NCBI RefSeq assembly: GCF_016298055.1
Contig: NZ_JAEDDO010000001.1
Direction: 5' to 3' (one strand)
From: Frisingicoccus sp.
GTDB taxonomy: Bacteria > Bacillota > Clostridia > Lachnospirales > Lachnospiraceae
DNA length: 64,000 nucleotides
The notes beneath the pieces were generated by a model. It worked only from the letters and a program-made list of their open reading frames with translations. It ran no database searches and was not told the origin of the DNA. Made by a program: the position numbers and the translations under genes. Positions 20,901 to 28,717 of the stretch are shown here, in pieces. Each line of letters opens with the position of its first letter. Position 1 is the first letter of the stretch.

Positions 20901-22337
20901 GAACACAGGCTGGCAGAGGCGGATGACAGTGTTCTGAAGAATATGGCAGATGAGCTGAAGTCATTGAAAGAGACAATACGTCAGAAGGAAGTTATTTTAT
21001 TCCAGTACCGGGAAAATAAAAATAAGCTTTTTGGAAATGTTGAGCATGGTGTCAGCAGTATTGAAGAAAAATATGGTTCTTTTGAGTCGGTATCCCTGAT
21101 AAATTCAGATTATGAATCCTTTTTCCGGCAGCAGAGTCAGGCTTTAGAGCTTATGAAAGAAAAACAACAGAAGGCCGAAGTTGGGATAGAAAATGCTTTC
21201 AGAGATATTCGCAGTTTTGAAGATATGAAGCGGGATCTTGAAAGAATGATTCGAAACGCAAATCTTATGTTAAACCGTACTCAGGAAACCTTTGGTCCGG
21301 AAATTGATATTTATAAAAAATATCGTGAGTGCAGCGAAAAGCAGATGCGTATGCATACGGAGATCCAGAAACAGCGGGAGGCTTTTGATCGGGACAAAGA
21401 AAAGGCAGCGGAGAATCTGTCAAAGGCGGGAGCTCAGGAGCTGGCAGGATCCATACGATCAGAAGTTTCAATTCCTTCATCATCGGAGTTATGTGCCGAA
21501 TTCATGCATCAGCTTAAGGATACAGCACAGATTATAAGGCTTGAAAAAGAGCGTATTGAAAAAACCATCAGTGATATGGTCCGCATTAAGCAGAACTTTG
21601 AAAAACAGTGTCTTCAGAGGTGCCTCAGCATAAGGGCTGAGTTGGAGAGATTTCCTGCTTTTTCCCGGATTTTCCTGGACGGAAAGACCATTCCGATGGT
21701 TATGCTGAAAATTCCCTATATTCGTGAGGAAATGTATGAACAGAGAATGTCAGAGTATATTGACGGGATTGTTGCACAGACGGATCTGTATCATACTCAG
21801 GAAGAAAGAGTTGGGTATATTCGTCAGCAGCTGTCGTGGAAAAGGCTGTTTTCTGTCATCGTCACGGATATGAACAGTATTCGCCTGAGCCTGTATAAGC
21901 GGGAAAGAGTGAAAGAGCAGAGCCGGTATCTCAAATATGAGGAGGCTGTGGGAAGTACCGGTCAGTCACAGGGAATTTATATACAATTCCTCATCGGTGT
22001 TATCAATTATATTTCTATGGTATATTCGGGCGGCGGAGACAGTTCAAAACTGCGGAAAGTTATTTTTATTGACAATCCTTTTGGAGCGGCAAAAGATATT
22101 TACATATGGCAGCCGATTTTTGAACTGCTTCGAACAAATCATGTGCAGCTCATCGTGCCGACACGCGGTGCCACACCGGCAATTACGGGAAAATTTGATG
22201 TCAATTATATTCTGGGGCAAAGAATGATTGATAAGATGCAGCAGACGGTCGTGGTGGATTACAGTTCCAATGTTGATGTGTCTGAGATGGATTATGAAAA
22301 ACTGGAATTTGAACAGGAAGTATTTGATTTTATCTGA
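17949..22337 (+). CDS. JetC/MksB-like SMC ATPase
   Basis: N-terminal IRVNN and LANGGGKS Walker A, long coiled coils with a central hinge, C-terminal GSTGQ signature and FIDNPFG. Confidence 0.85.
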   Translation: MPHINRIRVNNVKYNFGTQFYDNFILRFDGKNALYDLANGGGKSVLMLLLFQNLIPNCTLDDKQPVEKLFRTDQGSTTIHSMIEWKLDERFIKDGYKYMLTGFCARKAREEQKETAAIEYFNYIIFYRGYNDNDLVNLPLSNGKERVTYTGLKNYLKDLGKKDMSLDIRIFERKGEYQRYISQYGLYESHWEILRGINKTEGHVRTYFENRYRTTRKIVEDLLIEEIIQRAFSQNSQSGADMADTLVQIKDKLAELAERKEEMGAYERQTEILESLSGRTGILKKAYEEKEELDTNLVKTYHTVAGLKRLREKDLAVYQKEKEYAAKHRHEISRKLDTVRIQKNQELLKQLEEDTEKYAAELSGMEEEYKKKQRALDMEEAVRDYIIYMDVKSKWEALKVLLSHDQNDSDGRLKELNHLAAMRRVCDGEERERLQKKLSAVEKAESETKESHQQSQEMERQLFCEGAVLDSQLLEEKKRENESQEVLNGLLCQLPVLIPENADQILSEKKQLRGANELKYQQLSEKQLNLEKDIVGYESEIEQCKAHREKLLREKEELDRFFSQYTIEREKSEQLVQIYHSPDITSLLENIDSQLRKTILDIELKSREIQLLRKKLTHLSEGNPTVMGEETAEVIEYIRKCHGHKCIFGGDYLKEVSDYDRDILIERMPFLPEAVIVESGLADIRGDAVLMQMDTGDRVIPVVSLPQVMRQEEVIVSQEILFLSGNPELYKNPSARQEMCDGIQNKLEQCVNKMARLKDREKTIQTDRKYMIGFELNYEVYYSEKSEQSVRVMHQLEEESKRILKYEESLGLSRDALEGNRKLVQRMEEENRNLDSDIELLSQMKHCVEQLKTIRDKQKKLEAAQRKNADLRKNEEEKIRYTQDTIERLENERKALLEGIENLDKQWREVYEPYYISGTEETPDISSSDIDARFKGIREAYEREHLDLEDKKQLMESYRQTMDTLLASVRRKDISVVTLENMAKEHRLAEADDSVLKNMADELKSLKETIRQKEVILFQYRENKNKLFGNVEHGVSSIEEKYGSFESVSLINSDYESFFRQQSQALELMKEKQQKAEVGIENAFRDIRSFEDMKRDLERMIRNANLMLNRTQETFGPEIDIYKKYRECSEKQMRMHTEIQKQREAFDRDKEKAAENLSKAGAQELAGSIRSEVSIPSSSELCAEFMHQLKDTAQIIRLEKERIEKTISDMVRIKQNFEKQCLQRCLSIRAELERFPAFSRIFLDGKTIPMVMLKIPYIREEMYEQRMSEYIDGIVAQTDLYHTQEERVGYIRQQLSWKRLFSVIVTDMNSIRLSLYKRERVKEQSRYLKYEEAVGSTGQSQGIYIQFLIGVINYISMVYSGGGDSSKLRKVIFIDNPFGAAKDIYIWQPIFELLRTNHVQLIVPTRGATPAITGKFDVNYILGQRMIDKMQQTVVVDYSSNVDVSEMDYEKLEFEQEVFDFI

Positions 22338-22350
22338 TATTGGTTTTTGA

Positions 22351-22394
22351 AAAGTAAAGGCATTCCCATACAAAAGCGGGGATGCCTTTACTTT
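22351..22394 (+). terminator. Terminator closing the SMC operon
   Basis: AAAGTAAAGGCATTCCC...GGGGATGCCTTTACTTT inverted repeat. Confidence 0.8.
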
Positions 22395-22438
22395 AACAAA
22401 AAATATACAGAAAATTAAATAAAAAATGAAAAAATATA

Positions 22439-22467
22439 TTGACAAAACATAAGATAATGAATATAAT
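22439..22467 (+). promoter_or_regulatory. Perfect-consensus sigma-A promoter with A-rich UP element
   Basis: TTGACA (22439-44), 17 nt, TATAAT (22462-67). Confidence 0.85.
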
Positions 22468-22521
22468 ATAGACATAAACAAAAGAACTTATTAATAAACA
22501 GAAAACAAGGAGGCGAGTCCA

Positions 22522-22533
22522 TTGAAAAAATAA
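22522..22533 (+). other. Minigene TTG-AAA-AAA-TAA (Met-Lys-Lys-stop)
   Basis: AAGGAGG at 22507-13, 8 nt before TTG. Confidence 0.5.
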
Positions 22534-22979
22534 GTGCTCAATAATAAGATGATTATTTTCTTTGCAGTAGATAAGATTTAAGGAAGTAAGTGATTTGTGA
22601 ATAATTCGTCCATTGTTTGCAGGTTATTTTAAAAGCTTAATTGTTATTGATATTTAGAAGTTAAATTATTTGAGATAGTCCAGATACATATCAGTATATG
22701 ATAAAATGATTCGGAGAAGCCTGGAAGAAGTTCATCAATTATAAGTAATCATCCATTATTGTAAGAATAAATCGTAGATTCGTTGTATAGCAAAGAGATT
22801 GATTGTTAAAGATATACTCCGATATAAATATAAAGTTAAGGTTAAATGATAAAGGTATTATTTTATAAATGATATACCAGAAAAACTGAATAGTGGAATA
22901 AAATATTATATTTGATATGATGTATATATCGAATGATAATAAGAAAGGAACAAAAGTATGATTGAACCAGTTAATTGTT

Positions 22980-23024
22980 AAGCAGTCGTTCGTATCTTAA
23001 AATGATAGAACGGCTGCTTTTTTT
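22980..23024 (+). terminator. Intrinsic terminator
   Basis: AAGCAGTCGTTC...GAACGGCTGCTT followed by a T tract. Confidence 0.85.
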
Positions 23025-23128
23025 GTATGCATGAAATTCTCATGGACCTATCGGCTATTGTCAAGAAAAATCAATTATGTTAAAATTGTTCTGAGTCACA
23101 GGATTGTAGTCGTAAGGAGATGAAATAG

Positions 23129-25210
23129 TTGGAAAAATTTAATGAAGCGGATTTAATGAAAGAAATTAAGAGCTGTACTTATGAACAGGATTATGAGACA
23201 GCAGTCAAGCTGGCAGAAAAACTCGATTTGAATAAGATAAAAAATGTATCTTCTCTTTGCCTGTTAGGAGAAATATTTTTGCATGAAAAAGAGGATGATC
23301 TTGCAGAGAAAGTATTGCTCAAGGCATATGAAAAGATGCCGAAGGGACGGAGAGCATTGGATCTGCTGACAAGTCTGTATATTGAAAAAGGCAGTTATTC
23401 AGAAGCTGAGTATTATTATAAAGAGTTTATTTCTGTTGCTTCAAGAGATCTTCATCGGTATATTCTCAGATATCGTCTTGATAAAGGAAAGGGCGAAAGA
23501 ACTTCCGTATTGATTCATACACTTGAACAGCTTAAAGATTATGAATATATCGAAGAATGGGCATATGAACTGGCTAGATTGTATCATGAAGCCGGAGAAG
23601 ATAAAAAATGTCTTAAAGAGTGTGAGGATATTGTATTATGGTTCGGCCATGGAGAATATGTTGATCTGGCCAATGCGCTGAAGAATAAAATTCTTGGAAA
23701 AGACGAGCAGGAACCTAAAATCGATGCGTCAATGCAGCAGACGGTTGGTGCTACATATATGTTTGATTCGGAAGGCCTTTTAGAGAGAAGTGGTCTTAAT
23801 GTGCCTTTAAATGTGGATGAATATATGAAAGACGATGATGAATATTCAGATGTATATGACTTGGAGGAAGGCGGAAAAACAGAAACGATAGATACTGATG
23901 CCTGCAATGAAATTGAACAGGCTGTTCGGGAAACAGAGACTGAACAGGAAGAAAAAGAAGATACTGAGGCTAAAGCGGAAGAAGCGGAAGAAGCTTCAGG
24001 AGAAACCGTCATCTTAGATACAGACGTTATTGCCGCGAAGGCCGCAGATATTCTGGCCGGAGAAAAAAACGAGGAAGATGTATTGAAAAAAGATACTGTG
24101 GTGGACGAAAAGGAAGATTTTGTTGCAAGAATCCAGAGAAATCTGGAAGCGAATCGAATGCCTGTGGATATTCCTGTCAGTCAGAATTTTGAGGAACAGA
24201 TGCGGATGATGGCATTAGAAATAGATTCGCCGGATGAAGATGATGTGGATGAGATTATCAGTGATGATCCAAATCAGACGGTCATGGATCTTTTCAGCGA
24301 TGAAATTGGTTTGGCTGCGTCAGAGCCGGTGGAAGAAGAAAAGCAGATTGAGATTCCGGATGCGGAGGATTCTGCTGCGGATGCGGAAGAAGTTAAGCTG
24401 GTTCAAGAGGATGAAGATGAAATTGTTGCGGAGGATATTCCTGTTCCGGATACAGTTCTGGATATATTCTCAACTGCCGTAGATATAAAGAATGTGAAGA
24501 AGCAGTTGGCTGAGACATTTACGAAACTTGAATCTTCTTTATTGGAAAAAGAAGATATTCTGGCACCATACGATATTAATTTTGTTGTATCCGGTACAGA
24601 TGAAAGTATGAAGTCACAGATTTCTATTGGGATTGCGAAAGCTTTGAACACATATGGTATGTGCGATAAAGGGAAAATCGTCCGGGCCACATCAGATGAA
24701 TTGAATCGGATGAATTTTGCACCTGTTTTTGAAAAAATTTCAGGAGGCTGCCTGATTATTGGCGGCGCAGGCGCCCTGTCAAAGGAATCGGTTGATATTA
24801 TTTCAGATTATGTTAATCGTGACGGACAGAATGTTGCCATTGTTTTCGAAGATTCGGAAGCAGATTTATTGACTTTATGGAAAAAATATCCGAAGCTGCG
24901 TTCAAAATTTTTGAACGTGATCAACATATCCAAGTATGATGAGAGCGAGTTAGTTAAACTGGCGGAATCCTATGCTAAGAGACGGGGATATGAAATGACG
25001 GAAGAAGTTCAAAATGAAACTTTGAGAGCGATTTTTGAAAAACGTATGCATGACGGCGAAGATGTGAATTACGAGGATGTTATGGCGATTGTGGATGAGG
25101 CCGTTGTAAATCTTGAAAAACGTAATATGAAGAATTTATTTATGACGGTGCTGGACAATGCATATAAAGAAGCTCAGATGTTTACGTTGCTTCCGGAAGA
25201 TTTTTTATAG
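23129..25210 (+). CDS. TPR protein with acidic linker and degenerate C-terminal AAA+ (SpoVK/CbbX-like) domain
   Basis: AAGGAG SD + TTG start; TPR helices in aa 1-190; D/E-rich middle; NFVVSG...K, GGCLII, YPKLRSKF AAA-like C-terminus. Confidence 0.7.
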   Translation: MEKFNEADLMKEIKSCTYEQDYETAVKLAEKLDLNKIKNVSSLCLLGEIFLHEKEDDLAEKVLLKAYEKMPKGRRALDLLTSLYIEKGSYSEAEYYYKEFISVASRDLHRYILRYRLDKGKGERTSVLIHTLEQLKDYEYIEEWAYELARLYHEAGEDKKCLKECEDIVLWFGHGEYVDLANALKNKILGKDEQEPKIDASMQQTVGATYMFDSEGLLERSGLNVPLNVDEYMKDDDEYSDVYDLEEGGKTETIDTDACNEIEQAVRETETEQEEKEDTEAKAEEAEEASGETVILDTDVIAAKAADILAGEKNEEDVLKKDTVVDEKEDFVARIQRNLEANRMPVDIPVSQNFEEQMRMMALEIDSPDEDDVDEIISDDPNQTVMDLFSDEIGLAASEPVEEEKQIEIPDAEDSAADAEEVKLVQEDEDEIVAEDIPVPDTVLDIFSTAVDIKNVKKQLAETFTKLESSLLEKEDILAPYDINFVVSGTDESMKSQISIGIAKALNTYGMCDKGKIVRATSDELNRMNFAPVFEKISGGCLIIGGAGALSKESVDIISDYVNRDGQNVAIVFEDSEADLLTLWKKYPKLRSKFLNVINISKYDESELVKLAESYAKRRGYEMTEEVQNETLRAIFEKRMHDGEDVNYEDVMAIVDEAVVNLEKRNMKNLFMTVLDNAYKEAQMFTLLPEDFL

Positions 25211-25266
25211 ATCTTAAAGACATAGAATAAAAGACAAGAGCGTATGATTATAGTAATTAGTAAAGG

Positions 25267-25554
25267 GTGGAGGAAACGGTGATACACAACCAGCTTTTAG
25301 TAACGATTATTATCATAAGCTCTTGTTTTTTTATTGGGAGTTTAATGCTTCATCAGGGGCATTATGTTGTGAAGAGCCTGTTCAGAGGCATTTTAGGGCT
25401 GTTCTTGATCGGATGCGGAAATATCATTTTTAAAGCTTTTGGGATTTTTATGCCTGTAGGAGTAAATGTTATGAATTTTATCCTATCTGCGGTTTTGGGA
25501 ATACCGGGACTGTTGGCACTTTACGGCATAGGTTTATGGGAGCTGTTTCATTGA
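25267..25554 (+). CDS. BofA-family pro-sigmaK processing inhibitor (membrane protein)
   Basis: 95 aa, three TM; VGVN...SAVLGIPG motif. Confidence 0.75.
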   Translation: MEETVIHNQLLVTIIIISSCFFIGSLMLHQGHYVVKSLFRGILGLFLIGCGNIIFKAFGIFMPVGVNVMNFILSAVLGIPGLLALYGIGLWELFH

Positions 25555-25649
25555 CAAAATGATGAAATCAAATCGGAAAATTAGCAGCATATGACACATA
25601 AATATGAAATAATATAGATAGACGACATATATAGTGTAAAATGATGTAA

Positions 25650-25684
25650 AAAGCCTTCGACGGATTGTCAGCCTCGAAGGCTTT
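25650..25684. repeat. 11-bp perfect inverted repeat (terminator or operator) overlapping the -35 of the tad promoter
   Basis: AAAGCCTTCGA-13nt-TCGAAGGCTTT. Confidence 0.6.
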
Positions 25685-25710
25685 ACAAATAGTCAGAGCC
25701 TGTTTATAAT
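25682..25710 (+). promoter_or_regulatory. Sigma-A promoter of the tad locus
   Basis: TTTACA-17nt-TATAAT. Confidence 0.6.
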
Positions 25711-25806
25711 GAACCTATCATTTCAATTCTGAATAAAATTTCCATTAAATCAAACAAAAAAAGTGAATATTGAAGTGGGATACTGTCCCTATAAAAGGGA
25801 GGTCTT

Positions 25807-26700
25807 ATGTTTTACAGACAGCTATACATATGTGATGTAGAAAAAGTGTATTTAAAACGTTTATCGTCTTATCTGAGTCGGCATCCAGGGTTTATGTGGA
25901 AGATAAAAACCTACACAGAGCTTTCACAATGTCTTGGGGAACGACCGGAAATACTTCTTGTATCAGGGCGTGCATTGAAGCAGATGGACAGTGAAAAAGG
26001 AACAGTGGCTGTTCCGGACATTAAAGGATGTCAGATTATTTTACTTGAAGATGATTCGGGAAATCCCGGAATAGAATTGTCTATAAGTAAGTATCAGTCA
26101 GCAGGAAAACTATATGAAGATTTAATGGAAATTTTAGGAGAAAATCTTATACAAAATACGGAGGTGATCGGAATTTACGGGCCGTCAAGCGGACCGGAAG
26201 CAGAGGTTTTTGCAGAAAATATAGGAAGAGAACAATTAAATAAGGGGGAGGTTCTGATTATTTCTTTGACAGAATTTTCTACATTTTCCCGTGATGAGGA
26301 AGATGACAGCAGCATTAGTGAATGGTTCTATTACAGAGCACAAAAGTCAGATGCTAAGAAACGGTTAAGAGACTGGACATATAAGTCTGAAGGGCTGGAT
26401 TATCTTAAAGGATTTCGAACAGTGTATGACCGTATGGAAATTCAGTTGGAGGAATGGAGCAATTTCTTTAAGGAAGGACTTAGGAAAAGTCATTATACAA
26501 CAATTATTTTAGTATTTGACCGATTACCAAAGTATATGGAACTTTTCGTCTGGTGTGACAGAATTTTTGTCCAATGGGGAGAAGACGGTTACGGTGATTT
26601 GAGAAAGAAGGTGTTTTTAAAGATGGTATCTTATATGGGAATGACGCAATTACTGGAAAAGATTAACGTGGAACAAGAAAGGAGAGAAAATGTCAAATAA
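25807..26700 (+). CDS. TadZ/CpaE-like protein (degenerate receiver + MinD-like domain)
   Basis: YICD..YLKRL receiver-like start, ISKYQSA, VIGIYGPSSG degenerate P-loop; precedes cpaF. Confidence 0.6.
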   Translation: MFYRQLYICDVEKVYLKRLSSYLSRHPGFMWKIKTYTELSQCLGERPEILLVSGRALKQMDSEKGTVAVPDIKGCQIILLEDDSGNPGIELSISKYQSAGKLYEDLMEILGENLIQNTEVIGIYGPSSGPEAEVFAENIGREQLNKGEVLIISLTEFSTFSRDEEDDSSISEWFYYRAQKSDAKKRLRDWTYKSEGLDYLKGFRTVYDRMEIQLEEWSNFFKEGLRKSHYTTIILVFDRLPKYMELFVWCDRIFVQWGEDGYGDLRKKVFLKMVSYMGMTQLLEKINVEQERRENVK

Positions 26701-27967
26701 ACATGATTGTACAAGGATTAAAAAAAATTTACAGGCAGATTTACTCAGAATATTAGAGTTAAAAAATGAATGGTCCGATGATGAAATACTGGACCAGATT
26801 GATGAGTTAATCCTGTCAGCAAGTAAAAGTATTTATTTAAGTGGATATCGGAAATTGATGCTTCGTCAGGAATTATTTAATTCCGTTCGTCGGCTGGACC
26901 TGCTTCAGGAACTGGTTGACGACAAAGATATTACGGAAATAATGGTGAACGGCATGGGAAATATTTTTTATGAAAAAGATGGCCATATCATTCGATGGGA
27001 CAAGTCTTTTGAATCGAATGAAAAACTGGAAGATGTTATTCAGCAGATCGTTGCCGGGGCGAACAGGCAGGTCAACGAGTCTTCACCAATCGTTGATGCG
27101 CGTCTTGCAGATGGCTCTCGTGTCAATGTTGTATTAAAACCGATTGCACTCAATGGTCCGATTCTTACAATTCGGAAATTCCCGGAGGAGCCGATGAACA
27201 TGGAAAAGCTCATCGGTCATGGGGCATTGACGAAGGAGGCGGCAGATTTTCTGGAAAAACTTGTGCGGGCAAAATATAATATTTTTATTTCCGGAGGTAC
27301 GGGAACAGGAAAGACGACGATGCTGAATGCATTGATGGATTACGTACCTAAGGAGGAGCGTGTGATTACCATTGAGGATTCTGCCGAACTCCAGATATCG
27401 AACATCATTAATCTGGTAAAGCTGGAAGCGCGTAATGCGACAGCGGATGGAGAAAATCAGGTAACGATCCGGGATCTTATAAAAAGTGCCTTAAGAATGA
27501 GACCGGACCGGATTATTGTGGGCGAGGTGCGTGGAGCAGAAAGTGTGGACATGATTCAGGCCATGTCCAGTGGACATGATGGCTCAATTTCGACAGGGCA
27601 CTCAGGTTCACCTGAGGAAATGTTAAGCCGTTTAGAAACGATGGTACTTATGGGTACAGATATCCCGCTGTTGGCGATCCGTAAACAGATTGCTTCTGCC
27701 ATTGATATTATTGTCCAGTTGGAGAGACTCAGAGATAAAAGCAGAAGAGTCACAGAGATTACGGAGGTGATCGGATGTGATGAAGGGGAAATAAAATTAA
27801 ATCAGCTCTTTATATTTAAAGAGGATGATGAACATTGTGTACGGGAAGACGGTACATACTGGACGGAGAATAAGAAGGTCTCCGGTCAGCTTGTGCTTTC
27901 CGGTAATCGGTTATATCACAGAAAGAAATTGGAGGCAGCGGCAATATTCCTGGAGGAAGGACTGTGA
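26690..27967 (+). CDS. cpaF: Tad pilus assembly ATPase CpaF/TadA
   Basis: ITEIMVNG, PIVDARL, SGGTGTGKTT, IEDSAEL, LRMRPDRIIVGEVRG, GHDG. Confidence 0.95.
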   Translation: MSNKHDCTRIKKNLQADLLRILELKNEWSDDEILDQIDELILSASKSIYLSGYRKLMLRQELFNSVRRLDLLQELVDDKDITEIMVNGMGNIFYEKDGHIIRWDKSFESNEKLEDVIQQIVAGANRQVNESSPIVDARLADGSRVNVVLKPIALNGPILTIRKFPEEPMNMEKLIGHGALTKEAADFLEKLVRAKYNIFISGGTGTGKTTMLNALMDYVPKEERVITIEDSAELQISNIINLVKLEARNATADGENQVTIRDLIKSALRMRPDRIIVGEVRGAESVDMIQAMSSGHDGSISTGHSGSPEEMLSRLETMVLMGTDIPLLAIRKQIASAIDIIVQLERLRDKSRRVTEITEVIGCDEGEIKLNQLFIFKEDDEHCVREDGTYWTENKKVSGQLVLSGNRLYHRKKLEAAAIFLEEGL

Positions 27968-28707
27968 AAGTAACATCTGAAGGTCATTGCAGAATGACGG
28001 TCATTGAATATATAAAAAGTATCATTTTATGGATTGTCATATGCACAAGTATAGGATGGCTGTTTTATGGAAATATAAAATATTCGATTGTCGGATGGCC
28101 GGGGTATATCATTTTCAGAAAAGAAGTTTATAAGATAAGTTATAAAAAATACAATAAACAATTGCGTATGGATTTCAAGGACACAATGTTGTCGATCTAC
28201 AGCTCGCTGTCTGCCGGTGCAGCCCTGGAAGAGAGTATACGAAGAGCATTGGAGGATATTGAGCGGAGCCTGAAACCAAATTCAAGAATGATACTTGAAC
28301 TTAACATTATCTGCCATAAAATGGAGCGTAACATTTCAGTTGTTCAGTGCCTTGAGGAAATGTCGGAAAGGTGTCAGAATGCGGAGATTGAAAACTTTGT
28401 ACAGATTCTCATATTGGCAAAAAAGCAGGGAGGAAACATGGCAGATCTGGTTCGGGACAGTGTAGATAAGATTCAAAGGCGTATAGAAACAGGATATGAA
28501 ATTGAGGGTATTATCGGAGCAAAGCGGAGCGAATTTTTCTTTATGTGCGTTATTCCGGCCGGCGTTATTTTATACATGAGAGTGTTTTCATCAGAGTTTA
28601 TGGAGGTTTTGTACGGGAACCTTACAGGTTTTCTTTTAATGAGTGTTTGTCTGGCGATATATGGGGCGGCATTTGCATTAGGTTTGAAAATATTGCGGCT
28701 GGAGTAG
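27964..28707 (+). CDS. TadB-like pilus platform protein
   Basis: T2SSF-type SSLSAG..LE, KKQGGNM; C-terminal TM pair. Confidence 0.8.
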   Translation: MKVTSEGHCRMTVIEYIKSIILWIVICTSIGWLFYGNIKYSIVGWPGYIIFRKEVYKISYKKYNKQLRMDFKDTMLSIYSSLSAGAALEESIRRALEDIERSLKPNSRMILELNIICHKMERNISVVQCLEEMSERCQNAEIENFVQILILAKKQGGNMADLVRDSVDKIQRRIETGYEIEGIIGAKRSEFFFMCVIPAGVILYMRVFSSEFMEVLYGNLTGFLLMSVCLAIYGAAFALGLKILRLE

Positions 28708-28717
28708 GAGGAGTTTT

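Larger units (their letters stand above)
22474..23024 (+). ncRNA. Candidate ~550-nt non-coding or minigene-bearing RNA
   Basis: Bounded by a consensus promoter and its own terminator; no long + strand ORF; RBS-led minigenes near both ends. Confidence 0.5.

Noticed and set aside
22044-22481. 145-aa minus-strand ORF spanning the SMC 3' end and intergenic region
   Set aside because: Antisense to a real gene, runs through a terminator and promoter, low-complexity F/I/Y composition, no SD
22474-23024. Possible CRISPR, type III toxin-antitoxin or other regular repeat array
   Set aside because: No repeat longer than ~8 nt, spacing irregular, no adjacent cas or toxin gene; kept only as a candidate ncRNA
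25710-25806. c-di-GMP riboswitch upstream of the tad operon
   Set aside because: No GEMM-I (GGCAAA...GACGCAAAG) or class II core; only a short GGGA/TCCC hairpin
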